DNA from: a virus
Taxonomy: Duplodnaviria; Heunggongvirae; Uroviricota; Caudoviricetes
IMG/VR virus record: IMGVR_UViG_3300025678_000001
DNA length: 64,000 nucleotides
Reading direction: 5' to 3' (one strand)
This document shows, one piece after another, positions 9,300-20,277 of this stretch. Every line of letters starts with the position of its first letter. Within the stretch, counting starts at the first letter, position 1. The notes under the pieces are model-generated. The model did not search any database and was not told where the DNA came from. It was given only the letters and a program-made list of their open reading frames with translations. The translations under genes were made by a program, and so were the position numbers.

Positions 9300-12200
9300 T
9301 TAATATTCTGTTTCGATATAAATACGGTTAATACCAAGCTGGATCTGGGTAGCTACTGTTAAAGCAGCATTACTAGCCAGAACACCAGCTGTAAGTAAGG
9401 TTGTGTTTGTGGGAAGGTTGGTTGTAGCAGTACCAGAAGCCTCGGTACCAGTTGTGATATCCACAATTCTCCAAGTATATTGTGAACTGTTTGGAGCACA
9501 GTAGATAAATAGATCATATCCTTTTTTGGATGTGATTGTAAAGCCAGTTGAAGCTTTTGTAGCAGCTGTACCTCTTGTAAGGAACGAGATAGCTCCGTTA
9601 TCAGCAGCATCCACACAGAATCCTACAGTATTGTTCAAAGCTGAAGGATCTGCAGATACTACAGTGGTAGCAGAGTGCATGCCAGCAAAGAAACGACCAC
9701 CATTTGTCCATACGTCAAAACCACAACGAGTATAGAAGAAGAAACCACCTTGACCAGCAGCACCACCCCTCATAAACATGGCATCAGTATTTCTTTGACC
9801 AAGTACCTGGTTCGTTGTAGTTACCACATTTGCGTACCTACTTCTCTTTGTGGCAGTATAAACGTTGGTAGTTGTAGGAAGGGCTGACGTAAATGTACCA
9901 GAACCAGCACCAGCTGTACCAATCCACAAACCAGCTGTTGCACCAGTGGTTGTCCACAGTACAATGTTGTTCTGCCATAAAGCAGATTGTAGAGACATGG
10001 CCAGACCAGTATCCCCGAGGATTCTAGCTGTTGCTCTACCAGCAATATACTTAGAGTATTTTACTGTGTTACCAGATGCAGGAACAGAAGGTTCTGTACT
10101 CAGACCTTTGATAAGCATCTGACTATTTGTAGCCAGTAATGATAAGATACCATTTGTGTCATCCCAGGTAAAGTTAGCAGATGCTCCCAGGGTACCGGCA
10201 TTATTATATTGGATCTGGGTATTTGAACCAGCCGGTGAAGCTGTTACAGTAGCCCAAGTATTATCTCCCCTCAGATATGTTGACGCTGAAGGGGTACCTG
10301 TAGCTGAAAGGTTTGAGATACCTACAATGGAGTTAGCCAGAGTTGTAGCAATAGCTGTTGTCCCAGATCCTGTTACAGCTCCGGATAATGTGATTGTTTG
10401 GTTACCTGTGAGATAAGTGTTTGTATCCAGAGCGAACGTACCAGCAGATGTCATCTTCACAAAGGAAGTTGAGACAAAGGACAGACCTGCTAAAGAAGTC
10501 AGGTTTGTGGACAAAGGTTGAGCACCAATAGTGTTATAACTTACTGTAAGAGCACTAGCTCCATTGAAAGTACTACCAGAAGTTCCACCGGTACCACCAT
10601 TGTTGAATGTAATAGCATTTGTTGTTGTACCACCACTACCAGATGGCGCGGCCCATGTTCCATCTGCACGAAGGAAGTTAGAAGTTCCTCCACCAGAAGC
10701 AGGAACCAGACCTTTCAGAGTACTTGTAAAGACATCCAGAAGTGTGGTAGCTTGTGTACCAGTCAATGTTTCCACGTTACCAGTTCCAGCTGTCACCCTA
10801 CCATGGAATGTACCAGTAGCTACCTGGGCCAACATGGCATTGGTTACCTTATTAGCACCAATGGTTGTTGTGATTGCTGTTGTACCAGTACCGGAAATAT
10901 CTCCAGAGAGTGTGATAGATTGGTTGGCTGTCAGATAAGTAGAACTATCCAGGCTACCATCACCTTTTACAAACTGACCAGACGTACCAGAAATATAGCT
11001 TATAACACCGGCTGTGGATTTTACAATACCAGTTCCTGACAAAGGAGCCTGATAGCTAAGAGCAGGAATATCAGTAGCAACCAGTAACCTAAATCCTGGA
11101 GTACCTGCAGAACCATTAGGAGCCGCATATACAAAGTTTGCAGTTTGAGATCCAAATGTGTTGTTTAGATCTGTACCGGTAACAGCTGTGTTACCCGTTA
11201 CGCGACCCTTTGTATCCAGGGTGATCTTTACAAAGTTGGCACCAGTAGATTGAACTACAGTAGCTAAGGTAGTTGTAATAGCGGTTGACCCTGTACCAGA
11301 AACGTCACCAGAAAGAGTGATCGACTGGTTTGCAGTTAGATAGGTTGAGGTATCAAATACCCAGGTATTGGTACCTGTACCAGTGTACTTCAGTAAGCCA
11401 GCACTGGCTCCGAGAGCCGGGAGAGCTACCCCTCTAAGACCTGTAACTGTTATTGCGGGTGTCAGAGATGTAGCACCAGATCCACCAGAAGAAGATACAT
11501 CTCCTGTAGGACTGAATGAGATTGTCTGGTTAGCTGTAAGATAAGTACTCGTGTCTAGAGTCCAGGTATTCAGAGCTGTTTTCTTAGCAAAACCTGTAGT
11601 TCCAGCCAGTGCTGCTATGGCACTAAGATCACCATCAAGCGGTTGATATGTTGTGGCAGCAGTAGCTGAAGTCAGATAAGGACTCAAAGCTGAACTGGTA
11701 ATATATCCAGAGTCATTCGTAAATGAAGATACGTTTGTCGGGGCCCCTGTTAGCTTACTATAGGCCAGGGAAGTAATCCAGGTTGGATCAGCGTACGAAC
11801 CACTTGTCAGAACATCACCAACACTCCAGGAACGGTTGAGAGATAAATCCAGGGTAGTACCGTTAATAGTCAAAGTTCTGGTTGTCTGTACATATCCGGT
11901 AAGGGCTGATGAGGTTATATAACCAGCATCATTTGTAAAACTGGATACGTTTGTGGGTGCTCCAGTCAGTTTACCATAAGCTAATGAAGTGATCCATGCA
12001 GGGTTTGCATAAGATCCAGAAGTATAAACTCCATTTGTTACAGTTCCGGCATTTCCACTAATACTGATGCTCCAGGTACCAGAAGCACCTGTACCGGTCA
12101 GAGAAGGAATATCAGTACCAATAGCCAGACCAAGATTTGTTCTAGCTGCCAGAGCTGTACTTGCACCAGTACCACCATTTACAATACCAAGTTCTCCAGA

Positions 12201-14882
12201 TACAGCTGCTGACTGATTTAAAGCTACCGCATTCCATTCTACCTGTGTACCGGTAGCATTAACCAGAAGTGATTTATAAGCGGCACCAAGAGTAAGTTTA
12301 CCCCAGGTATTTAAGGCAGAACCGTATAACAGATCTCCTACTGCTACGGTACTTAAACCAGTACCACCATGAGTAGGATCTACAATTCCAGATAAAGAAA
12401 ACTCAGTTCCAATAAGTTGTAAAGGAGCCAATGCTGAGTAATCCGGAGATGCACTAAAGAGTGTAAAGTCAATATCACTAACACCAAAGATAATTGGTGT
12501 ACTGATCGTCATTACATAAGACTCACCAGCACCAGGACTACCTTCTTTCAGATAGAAGTAGTCACCCTGGCCAAGTTTTGATGTACTATTTGGTCCGTAT
12601 TTATTAGTATCAGTAGAGCGGGTAAGCACCCAGTTAGTAGAACCAGATCCTACGTTTGTTACGGTATAAATACCGTTTTTGTACATAGCAACATCTTGAT
12701 CAAGTAAAACTCGATCACCCACATTCATTGTAACACCATTGATGACAAGAGCTGCTTGTACACCAGCATTTGTAAGAGTGGCTCCAACACCGGTATTAGC
12801 TTTACCACCTAGAGTATATCCAGATCCATTTGTAAGAGTTGTAATCTCAACACCACCATAAGTGGCAGATACTAGAAATGTATTCGGTGTAGGTACATCA
12901 TGTACAAAGTAGGCAACACCAGTTGTCAGACCATAAGCTGATGTATTGAATGTCACTACATCATCTACAGATAATCCATGGTTTACAGAAGTTGTCAGTG
13001 TTGTACCGCCTGAGATTGCAGTTACTGTAAACGTAGTTCCACCATCAGCATAGGTGGCGTTAACAGGACCATGAAGTTCTACACGAACTGCAGGATGAAT
13101 ATCAATACCAGTTGAGGTAGCATTATCTACATACTCTTTTGTAGTAAGTTGTGTAGCGTAAGTAACTGGGGCTGTAGCATACATAGCACCAGTAGATGAT
13201 ACGTTTCCAGTAATTCTGGCTGAACCAACAACCTGGAGTTTGTTTACCGTATCATCAGTAATAGTATTCAGAAGCAGGTTACCTGTTGCTGCTTTCAAGG
13301 TCATTTTGATATCAGCAGAAGACAGACCACCTGCAAACAGCACAATATCACTACCAGGAGTACCAGTACCTAAGTAGAGCATAGAAGGCTGAGCTCCTGC
13401 CCCACCTCCGGTAAACACATAACCAGAGTTAGCTGGAAAGATTGAATAGGTACTAGAGCTGTAGTTAGAGCTGTTGATACCCATATCAATGAAATAAGAA
13501 TCTACATCTGATGCATCATTATAAGCTACAAAGTCAGCTGAAGCATCTGAACCAGCATGTAGGTTTTGTACATATACCAACTGATAGTTGTTGGTATTTG
13601 ATACAAAACTAGCCATGGTATTGATGTACGGGGTATTACTTGTAACACCAGTACCATATACCTGTAGAGTCTTTGCTATGATGTCAGTAGCTGTAAGATC
13701 GTGTAAACCAAGATCCAGATCAGAAGTTGCCCCACTATAAGGAACGAATCCTGATACAGCAGCTACAGAAAGTGTAAAGTTTGGATAACTACCAGTGATT
13801 GTTACTCCACCTCCATTTGTAAGTGTTACTACCTGATCAGGAGCAGAGTTAGTAATTACACCAGTAGTATTGTTATAGTTAATACCAGTACCAGAAGATA
13901 AACCAGTACGAGCTATATAGTTGTTTGGATTACTTAAAGGATAGTAAGTGGCTGCTGCTGTTACAGAAGTCAGATAACTACCAAGAGCAGAAGGTATGAC
14001 ATAGTCTACCCCAGCTGTGGCGGCACTGATAGCAGTACCATTACCTTTCAGTAAGCCATTGATTGTAGTAGATAAAGTGATGGCTGGTGTAGTTGTAGCA
14101 TTAGCTACAGTTCCTGCAAAACCGTTTGCTGAAACAATAGAAACAGTAGTTACTCCACCTGTAGATACTGATGCCCAGGAAAGAGAAGAGCCATCTGTTG
14201 TCAGGAATTTACCTCCATTACCAGTTTGATCAGGAAGAGTTACTTCCATCAGAAGATCTGAGTAGATTACAATATCTACCACATCACCACTATGAACTGG
14301 ATCAACAAATGTGATACTGTGAGAAGTATTAGAGAACGAAGAGGTATTTATACGAACACCATTGATGAATACATCAAAGTATCCTACAACGAGCGTATGA
14401 GTAGTATTAAAAAGAGTCTGACCTTCAATACCACTGAAACTTTCTGTATAACGAGTAGTTGCGGTACCGGAAATAGCAGCTGTGGATATGTTGGAGATAC
14501 GACCATACTGGTCAACAGTAATAATAGGAACAGCGTTTGTTCCTCCGTAAGTATCTGCAGTTACCCCGGTAGTTGCCAGATCCAGAGTAACATCACCTGT
14601 TCCAGGATCAACGCCAGTACTTAAGATTGAAAGATTAGGTCCAACTGATATCTTACTTACATATGCTACGTCAATAGAAGATCCACTCCAACCAGTACCA
14701 TTCCAGGTAAACAGGTTATTTAGAGTAATATCATAAACAATGAAACCCTTATCACTAAGACCAAGAGTTCCACCAAGAGTGGTTCTATCAGTAGTAGTTA
14801 AAGGGTGAACCCGGGCGTTTAACAGCTTGTTTTTGTCCAGGTCTATGTTGTGTAGATATCTTGTTGTATCTAAGGTAGACAT
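9300..14882 (-). CDS. giant tail fibre or tail-associated protein (1860 aa) with several internal repeat families
   Basis: 5.6-kb ORF; tandem ~50-aa repeats (SGSYA[DN]P[AT]WITSLAY[GS]KLTGAPTNVSSFTND[AS]GYITSSAL), four STYLTANQSITLSGD repeats, and the INGTTLDLS motif shared with the 721-aa fibre. Confidence 0.65.
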   Translation of the reverse strand: MSTLDTTRYLHNIDLDKNKLLNARVHPLTTTDRTTLGGTLGLSDKGFIVYDITLNNLFTWNGTGWSGSSIDVAYVSKISVGPNLSILSTGVDPGTGDVTLDLATTGVTADTYGGTNAVPIITVDQYGRISNISTAAISGTATTRYTESFSGIEGQTLFNTTHTLVVGYFDVFINGVRINTSSFSNTSHSITFVDPVHSGDVVDIVIYSDLLMEVTLPDQTGNGGKFLTTDGSSLSWASVSTGGVTTVSIVSANGFAGTVANATTTPAITLSTTINGLLKGNGTAISAATAGVDYVIPSALGSYLTSVTAAATYYPLSNPNNYIARTGLSSGTGINYNNTTGVITNSAPDQVVTLTNGGGVTITGSYPNFTLSVAAVSGFVPYSGATSDLDLGLHDLTATDIIAKTLQVYGTGVTSNTPYINTMASFVSNTNNYQLVYVQNLHAGSDASADFVAYNDASDVDSYFIDMGINSSNYSSSTYSIFPANSGYVFTGGGAGAQPSMLYLGTGTPGSDIVLFAGGLSSADIKMTLKAATGNLLLNTITDDTVNKLQVVGSARITGNVSSTGAMYATAPVTYATQLTTKEYVDNATSTGIDIHPAVRVELHGPVNATYADGGTTFTVTAISGGTTLTTSVNHGLSVDDVVTFNTSAYGLTTGVAYFVHDVPTPNTFLVSATYGGVEITTLTNGSGYTLGGKANTGVGATLTNAGVQAALVINGVTMNVGDRVLLDQDVAMYKNGIYTVTNVGSGSTNWVLTRSTDTNKYGPNSTSKLGQGDYFYLKEGSPGAGESYVMTISTPIIFGVSDIDFTLFSASPDYSALAPLQLIGTEFSLSGIVDPTHGGTGLSTVAVGDLLYGSALNTWGKLTLGAAYKSLLVNATGTQVEWNAVALNQSAAVSGELGIVNGGTGASTALAARTNLGLAIGTDIPSLTGTGASGTWSISISGNAGTVTNGVYTSGSYANPAWITSLAYGKLTGAPTNVSSFTNDAGYITSSALTGYVQTTRTLTINGTTLDLSLNRSWSVGDVLTSGSYADPTWITSLAYSKLTGAPTNVSSFTNDSGYITSSALSPYLTSATAATTYQPLDGDLSAIAALAGTTGFAKKTALNTWTLDTSTYLTANQTISFSPTGDVSSSGGSGATSLTPAITVTGLRGVALPALGASAGLLKYTGTGTNTWVFDTSTYLTANQSITLSGDVSGTGSTAITTTLATVVQSTGANFVKITLDTKGRVTGNTAVTGTDLNNTFGSQTANFVYAAPNGSAGTPGFRLLVATDIPALSYQAPLSGTGIVKSTAGVISYISGTSGQFVKGDGSLDSSTYLTANQSITLSGDISGTGTTAITTTIGANKVTNAMLAQVATGTFHGRVTAGTGNVETLTGTQATTLLDVFTSTLKGLVPASGGGTSNFLRADGTWAAPSGSGGTTTNAITFNNGGTGGTSGSTFNGASALTVSYNTIGAQPLSTNLTSLAGLSFVSTSFVKMTSAGTFALDTNTYLTGNQTITLSGAVTGSGTTAIATTLANSIVGISNLSATGTPSASTYLRGDNTWATVTASPAGSNTQIQYNNAGTLGASANFTWDDTNGILSLLATNSQMLIKGLSTEPSVPASGNTVKYSKYIAGRATARILGDTGLAMSLQSALWQNNIVLWTTTGATAGLWIGTAGAGSGTFTSALPTTTNVYTATKRSRYANVVTTTNQVLGQRNTDAMFMRGGAAGQGGFFFYTRCGFDVWTNGGRFFAGMHSATTVVSADPSALNNTVGFCVDAADNGAISFLTRGTAATKASTGFTITSKKGYDLFIYCAPNSSQYTWRIVDITTGTEASGTATTNLPTNTTLLTAGVLASNAALTVATQIQLGINRIYIETEY

Positions 14883-15502
14883 TAGGATAAGTATGCTTTA
14901 CCGGCAACAGCCTGGTTAAAATAGATTTTTAGTGTGTTGTTATCAACCACTTCTATGGTACCTACTATATCGTTTCCATCCTGATCTTCTGTTCTGACGT
15001 TTGGCACCATATTCATACCGTGGGTAATCACCCAAACAGTAGCAGGTGTGCTCTGTGTAAATACATAAGAGCTGTTATGATTGATGGTAACAGCCGGGTT
15101 AAGATTGATCCTTGTGATACAACCACCACTGTTTACCTCAATAATATTCTGATTACCGTTTCCATATGCAAAACCAACTCCCAAAGTTTGGGGACCTGTT
15201 GGTGAACCCGTTTTGTAATAGCCCGGGCCCCAGGCATCTTTTGTAGAATCATATTGTACAAGAGAGTCGTTCCTATAGTTAACTGGTAGGAACGTAGTAT
15301 AGTTCATATTAGTCTGACACAGTGCATCCTCGTCTTCGTTACTCTGCCAGTCTACCAGCTCTTTTCTCATAGAGATCAGATCCGGATCAGCAAAAGATGT
15401 CGTACAAGAACTGATACCATAACGCATCTGCCGAGCCAGTTTGAACACTGAGTCAGCATATTCCTTATAGTACTTATCTTTTTTAGCGAGGAGGGTTCTC
15501 AT
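14882..15502 (-). CDS. hypothetical structural protein
   Basis: 206-aa ORF directly upstream of the giant fibre gene. Confidence 0.5.
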   Translation of the reverse strand: MRTLLAKKDKYYKEYADSVFKLARQMRYGISSCTTSFADPDLISMRKELVDWQSNEDEDALCQTNMNYTTFLPVNYRNDSLVQYDSTKDAWGPGYYKTGSPTGPQTLGVGFAYGNGNQNIIEVNSGGCITRINLNPAVTINHNSSYVFTQSTPATVWVITHGMNMVPNVRTEDQDGNDIVGTIEVVDNNTLKIYFNQAVAGKAYLS

Positions 15503-15785
15503 TAGGAGTAGGATTGATTGTTGTGGATACCACTTTTACCAGGCTATTTTCGTATGGAACTATACAGTTACTGCATACTTGTTTTCCATTGGAAGCTGTT
15601 CTGATCTGGCAGCCACAGGTGATCTGGGCACCACAGTTACTACATTTTTTCATTTGTTTGGTTTTTATTGGTTCAGCATGCACACTTAGCAGTGTACTTG
15701 TTAAGTCTCTTCTGAGCGTAAACAAGCAGCTCCATGCCCTGTTCCGGGTCGTGAGCGTATTCCACCTTGGCTTTAGCTGCATCAA
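15483..15785 (-). CDS. small zinc-ribbon protein (probably starts at an internal Met near 15653)
   Basis: C-terminal CSNCGAQITCGCQ...CSNCIV Cys cluster; the N-terminal part overlaps the neighbouring ORF. Confidence 0.4.
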   Translation of the reverse strand: MMQLKPRWNTLTTRNRAWSCLFTLRRDLTSTLLSVHAEPIKTKQMKKCSNCGAQITCGCQIRTASNGKQVCSNCIVPYENSLVKVVSTTINPTPNENPPR

Positions 15786-16221
15786 TGAAGCTCTTGATCA
15801 GTCGAAGCTCGTTGAGCTGTTCCTTTACGTCGGCATCCGGCTCGCATCCACTAAGTTCCAGCTGGGCAAGCAGGTTGTAGTACTTATTGAGAGTCTGTGT
15901 TACGCGTAAGTAGTCATACTCTACGAACACATTTGAGTTGGGAGATACAGAGTAGTTGATCTTGTAGATACCATCCGGAATCACTTGAGAGTACTCTCCA
16001 CAACCGGTACTTTGAAGACCCAAAGCACAGGCATTGAGAACCAGGTTAAAGTGAGGTAAAACCTCTATAACTACAGGCATGTTGAAACCTGGGGAAGTGA
16101 TCAGCAGTTTTCCGCAGTCCACAGTCAGGCCCTCAGCATAGTAGCTGGTATCAAAAAGGCGTAAAACCTTGATATTATTGGTATCTGGCAGCTCTAAACT
16201 TAGCTGATGTTTGCTTGCCAT
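15673..16221 (-). CDS. hypothetical protein
   Basis: 182-aa ORF. Confidence 0.5.
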   Translation of the reverse strand: MASKHQLSLELPDTNNIKVLRLFDTSYYAEGLTVDCGKLLITSPGFNMPVVIEVLPHFNLVLNACALGLQSTGCGEYSQVIPDGIYKINYSVSPNSNVFVEYDYLRVTQTLNKYYNLLAQLELSGCEPDADVKEQLNELRLIKSFIDAAKAKVEYAHDPEQGMELLVYAQKRLNKYTAKCAC

Positions 16222-16354
16222 AGGGTATAAACTTTAGAGAGTTATATGTATAATGTGTACAGGTTCTCAATAATAATATACAAAATCTTAAGGACCTATC
16301 CAAAAAGAAAAGGGGAAGGTATAGACCTCCCCCTTTATAATGGATCGTGTAAGA

Positions 16355-17716
16355 TTACACAGTTTCCAGACTTACTGAGTTACCAGCAGCAGTGCAGGAT
16401 GCAGTGATGAAGGTAGTCAGGTCTGTGGTTGTTGTTCCAGTCGGAACGTGTACAACCAGCAGGTACTGATCGTTGTCGAAGGTACCGGTCGGGTTGTTGA
16501 ACCGAGGTACGTTGTGCAGGATCAGCACGCGGTCGTAGAGGGCACTACGTGTTACGGTAGCCAGAGCCGGATCGGCTTCGATCTCACGCATACGCAGGTG
16601 TTCTACGCGGCCGCTATCAGGATAAGCGTTCTGGAGATAACGACCATCCTGGATCAGTTCACGAAGAACTGTTTCGCCAACACCCTGAGCTTGAACAGGA
16701 GTCTGGATCTCGGAAACTGCAAAGCAGTTCACGTCACAAGGCTCACCGTTGTCCATGGTGAAGGAAGGATACAGGAACAGGGGCTCCAGGTCGTACTTAT
16801 CAGTTACTGTAAAGGTACAGTTACCGAAAGTAGTGTCTACATAAGCCACTGTCAGGGCCAGGTGGCTTACAACGTCAGTCCAGTTAGAAGTAACCGGAGT
16901 GTAACCTGCAGTTGTGATCGGAGCGAATACCTGAGCGTTTACATTTGTAGAGCTTGTAGCTTTTGCACTCAGAACGATGTTTGTGTTGCTACCACCGGCA
17001 GAACCAGCAGCACCAACGCTTACAACAGTAGTGTTACCAGGAAGACCTGCCGCAACTACTTTGTAACCAGCAACGAACTTAGTACGATCAGCATCAGCTA
17101 CAACGATTGTAGCACTACCAGAAGTAGGATCAATTGCTACAGAAGCTTGAGTTTGGTTCCAAACTTTAGCTTGCACAAAGTCCTTCAGCAGCGGGTAGCT
17201 GTTGATCTGGTCTGCCCACTGAAGCAGCACAACGTTCTGATCTACAGGGTTTCCAGAAGCATCACAGCAACCTGTGAAGGCATCCAGAGTACGGTAGATA
17301 TTGTGGCTCAGGAAACGCAGAGCAGGGGATCCTTTGATGTCCAGACGAAGACGGTAAGTCTTGTTACACTCGATAGTGCAGCTGGAAGGATCTACGGTAA
17401 CGATTTGGTTTACCGGGCTTTTAGCAGACACCTTGATAAGGCGGCTGATGTACTTGGGGTTGATTACTTTAGACTTTACAGACTCTTTGTAACCACCGTG
17501 AACGGGGCCAATCTTGTCTGAAGTGAAGTAAGAACCCTGAGCCAGGATAAACGGGGTAGCTTGAGCTGTAGTACCCAGAGCTGCATAAGTCTTGGCATCG
17601 AAGAAACCAAGCTTACCTGCAGTCAGGTCAGCTGTAGTACCAGCATTTGCAAGAGCGATTGCGTTGGTCTCAGGGACCGGCAGGAAGCTCTTTCTAAAGG
17701 CATGAGGGAAATACAT
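16355..17716 (-). CDS. putative major tail or structural protein
   Basis: 453-aa ORF downstream of the head genes; T/S/A-rich. Confidence 0.45.
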   Translation of the reverse strand: MYFPHAFRKSFLPVPETNAIALANAGTTADLTAGKLGFFDAKTYAALGTTAQATPFILAQGSYFTSDKIGPVHGGYKESVKSKVINPKYISRLIKVSAKSPVNQIVTVDPSSCTIECNKTYRLRLDIKGSPALRFLSHNIYRTLDAFTGCCDASGNPVDQNVVLLQWADQINSYPLLKDFVQAKVWNQTQASVAIDPTSGSATIVVADADRTKFVAGYKVVAAGLPGNTTVVSVGAAGSAGGSNTNIVLSAKATSSTNVNAQVFAPITTAGYTPVTSNWTDVVSHLALTVAYVDTTFGNCTFTVTDKYDLEPLFLYPSFTMDNGEPCDVNCFAVSEIQTPVQAQGVGETVLRELIQDGRYLQNAYPDSGRVEHLRMREIEADPALATVTRSALYDRVLILHNVPRFNNPTGTFDNDQYLLVVHVPTGTTTTDLTTFITASCTAAGNSVSLETV

Positions 17717-17752
17717 AGGGCTTTAAAGATTAGGGGTTAATAAATAAAAAAG

Positions 17753-18160
17753 TTATTTTAAGAACAGCAGTTTATACTTGATGCTGTTTATGGTTGACTT
17801 TACATTGTCCAGTTCATTCACGATCTCACTATATGGCATCTGACTTTGAAGACTAGTGATCATCTCTTTGATCTCTCTGAGGTAAGCAACAGCTTCCTGC
17901 ACTGAGTTCAGAGGTCTTGGAGCTGAATCTTGATAATCCAGAAGCTTCTCAGAAGCTCCTTGAAAACCTTCTGCCAGATCATCAGCATGACCCGGGAGAG
18001 CGTCGTACAGCTCGTTCAGAGCTTTGTGGCCGGCAAAGGATCCAACACCAGTTATCTTCAAGTGAAGCTTGTGAAAGCTGGTTCTCGCGTTCATAAGCTC
18101 AGTAACACAAGAGGCGGTCGTTGATTCCAGTGAAGAACCTGGTCTGGGTAATTTTGTCAT
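17753..18160 (-). CDS. hypothetical protein
   Basis: 135-aa ORF. Confidence 0.5.
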   Translation of the reverse strand: MTKLPRPGSSLESTTASCVTELMNARTSFHKLHLKITGVGSFAGHKALNELYDALPGHADDLAEGFQGASEKLLDYQDSAPRPLNSVQEAVAYLREIKEMITSLQSQMPYSEIVNELDNVKSTINSIKYKLLFLK

Positions 18161-18162
18161 GA

Positions 18163-18864
18163 TTAGCTATTTCTTTGTCCGTTTTGAGTTTCTCTCTGAT
18201 ACTGGTTCATGCTCTCTATGTCACCGGCAAGGATAGCAGCCGCTTCATCTATAAGGATCTCAGTCACGTCATCTTTAAACTCACAGGTCACATCTGTTTG
18301 AGATACATTACCGGTTGCAGGATCTACACAGTTTCTGAACTGCACCACACGTGGTTTTCTGTAGTAAACCAGATCAACCTGGGTAACTGAAAACTTACCG
18401 TTTGTATATACTCTCACAGTGTTTCCAACAAGAGTGCTCAGTGTTTCGGCCCAGTCAAAACTGGGTGCCTTGGTTTCAGTTGTAAGCAGGATACCTATGT
18501 TGGCTTCCTCTGCTTCATAGACCGTCATCCGTCTTGCAGGACAACAGTCATTCTTGGCCATTGCGTCTACCCGTACATAGTACAGGTAGTTATCCGGTAA
18601 ATCACTTTCTACGTAGAGATCTTTATTTCTCACAGTCATCTTCTCAGCGGTCGTCATCAGAACTCTCAGATCATCTGTCAGACCGGTCGACTGTTCTGTA
18701 CCCTCTCTACGAGTATTGAGACCGTAGATCTGTCTCCTAGTCCACTCAAGTTGGGCTTTGTTAAACGCCTCCTGAACCATCCAACATTCGATGTTATCAT
18801 AGTCCATAGAAGCCAGCTTGTTAAGCCGCTGCTTGATCTTGATCTGTAAGAGAGCGTTTGTCAT
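18163..18864 (-). CDS. hypothetical protein (head-tail joining?)
   Basis: 233-aa ORF. Confidence 0.5.
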   Translation of the reverse strand: MTNALLQIKIKQRLNKLASMDYDNIECWMVQEAFNKAQLEWTRRQIYGLNTRREGTEQSTGLTDDLRVLMTTAEKMTVRNKDLYVESDLPDNYLYYVRVDAMAKNDCCPARRMTVYEAEEANIGILLTTETKAPSFDWAETLSTLVGNTVRVYTNGKFSVTQVDLVYYRKPRVVQFRNCVDPATGNVSQTDVTCEFKDDVTEILIDEAAAILAGDIESMNQYQRETQNGQRNS

Positions 18865-18869
18865 AGTTT

Positions 18870-19883
18870 TTACTGGTTCCAGTATTTTTCGACCGCTTTA
18901 GTCAGATCAATCAGGATCTCTTCGTTCAGCGGGTTTCTTAAAAACTCAGCTACATCTGTAGGAGTTCTGCCCATCATGGTACCAGTTTTCATATGGTAGA
19001 TGAAGCCATCTGCTTTGGGAGAGATGAACTTGAAGTAGCCGGCATCTTTTACGATAGCCCGGATCTTCAGGCTCTCCATATCCAGGTTAGCTGCATCCAG
19101 GAAACGCTGGGCTGTCTTACGCTTATCTTTATCTACCAGATCACCGTTGATGAACTTATCCATGTTGTCATAGATAATATCGTTCGGTGTAGTCTTCTTA
19201 TACTGTGCACTGTTCGGGTCAAGAACTTTAGCTACATACATGAGCTTGTTCTGATTCTTGTCATAGAGCTTCTGCAGTTCGGCCAGGGCCTTGTTGCGGA
19301 TCTTCTTAACTTCTGTCTTGATAGAAGCTGTTTCTTCCAGCTTATCCAGATAGAACTTAGGAGGTACCGGCATTCTGCGGGCTTCTTCCAGGCTACGAGC
19401 AATGATTGAGAAACCACCTGCTTCGATAGCGTAGAGTCTGATCAGATCATAAGGATCTTTGTCAGGTTCCAGATAAACTGGTTCATTACCACAACGGATC
19501 TTGATCTTATCCCAGAACTCGTCATTATTAGGCTTCAGCAGTTTTACTTTGTTCCAGAACTCGGGATCATCTGCAGAGACCACATTGGCTGCAAGACTCT
19601 TCTCCAGTTCTGCCACGATTGTCCGAATCTGTTTGATCTTTGCTTCCTGGTCTTCCGGAGAAAGACTCTTAACTTCCGGAGCAAATTCGTTAAGCCCTGT
19701 TACGTATCTTTTAATACCGTTGATCTCCAGACAAGAGATCGGTTCTTCGTAAAAGGCCCCGTCAAAAAGACTCAGTCCGTATTTCTCAAGACCCATGTTG
19801 GATACCATGGGATCGAAGTAGGGACGGATAGCAATAGAGCTACGTTTGTTCTGCGGATAAGCCTCCACAATAGTTACGCTCAT
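18870..19883 (-). CDS. hypothetical protein
   Basis: 337-aa ORF. Confidence 0.5.
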   Translation of the reverse strand: MSVTIVEAYPQNKRSSIAIRPYFDPMVSNMGLEKYGLSLFDGAFYEEPISCLEINGIKRYVTGLNEFAPEVKSLSPEDQEAKIKQIRTIVAELEKSLAANVVSADDPEFWNKVKLLKPNNDEFWDKIKIRCGNEPVYLEPDKDPYDLIRLYAIEAGGFSIIARSLEEARRMPVPPKFYLDKLEETASIKTEVKKIRNKALAELQKLYDKNQNKLMYVAKVLDPNSAQYKKTTPNDIIYDNMDKFINGDLVDKDKRKTAQRFLDAANLDMESLKIRAIVKDAGYFKFISPKADGFIYHMKTGTMMGRTPTDVAEFLRNPLNEEILIDLTKAVEKYWNQ

Positions 19884-20277
19884 GATTTGGTTTTTTGGTT
19901 TTTATAATAAGCAACCTGATATCAGGTATGTCTTAATCTTGGTACCTGGGAAGAGTTACGAGCTCTTCGTGGACGCATCCCCAGGCTACTAAACAGGTTT
20001 TCCTCCTGTAAACTCCTTTCACGATCATGACTTCGTTACTCATCCCGTCATTGAGGGACCGGTAAAAACCGGGAGGGGGTACTAAATGACTCAAAGTGGT
20101 GCGGGTGTTTTCCGGTAAACCGGTGGCCATTAATCCCGTTCTGAGTACTGTTCTTTTTTAACTTAGCAGCCTTTCTTGCCGCCTTTCTTACCGCCTTTAC
20201 CTTTCATGGTGTTTGGTTTTGAGCTAACTACCCGGGGAGATTGCTCCCCCCGGGGATAGCAGGTTTATAGGATTGGA

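Noticed and set aside
6833-14882. Diversity-generating retroelement targeting the fibre genes
   Set aside because: No reverse-transcriptase ORF and no template-repeat/variable-repeat pair were seen. The repeats are in-frame protein modules.
16448-17521. 357-aa plus-strand ORF and other long antisense ORFs (10518-11039, 21040-21609, 22241-22789, 23412-23930)
   Set aside because: They lie fully inside longer minus-strand genes of the structural operon. Stop-poor antisense frames in G/T/S-rich coding sequence produce shadow ORFs.
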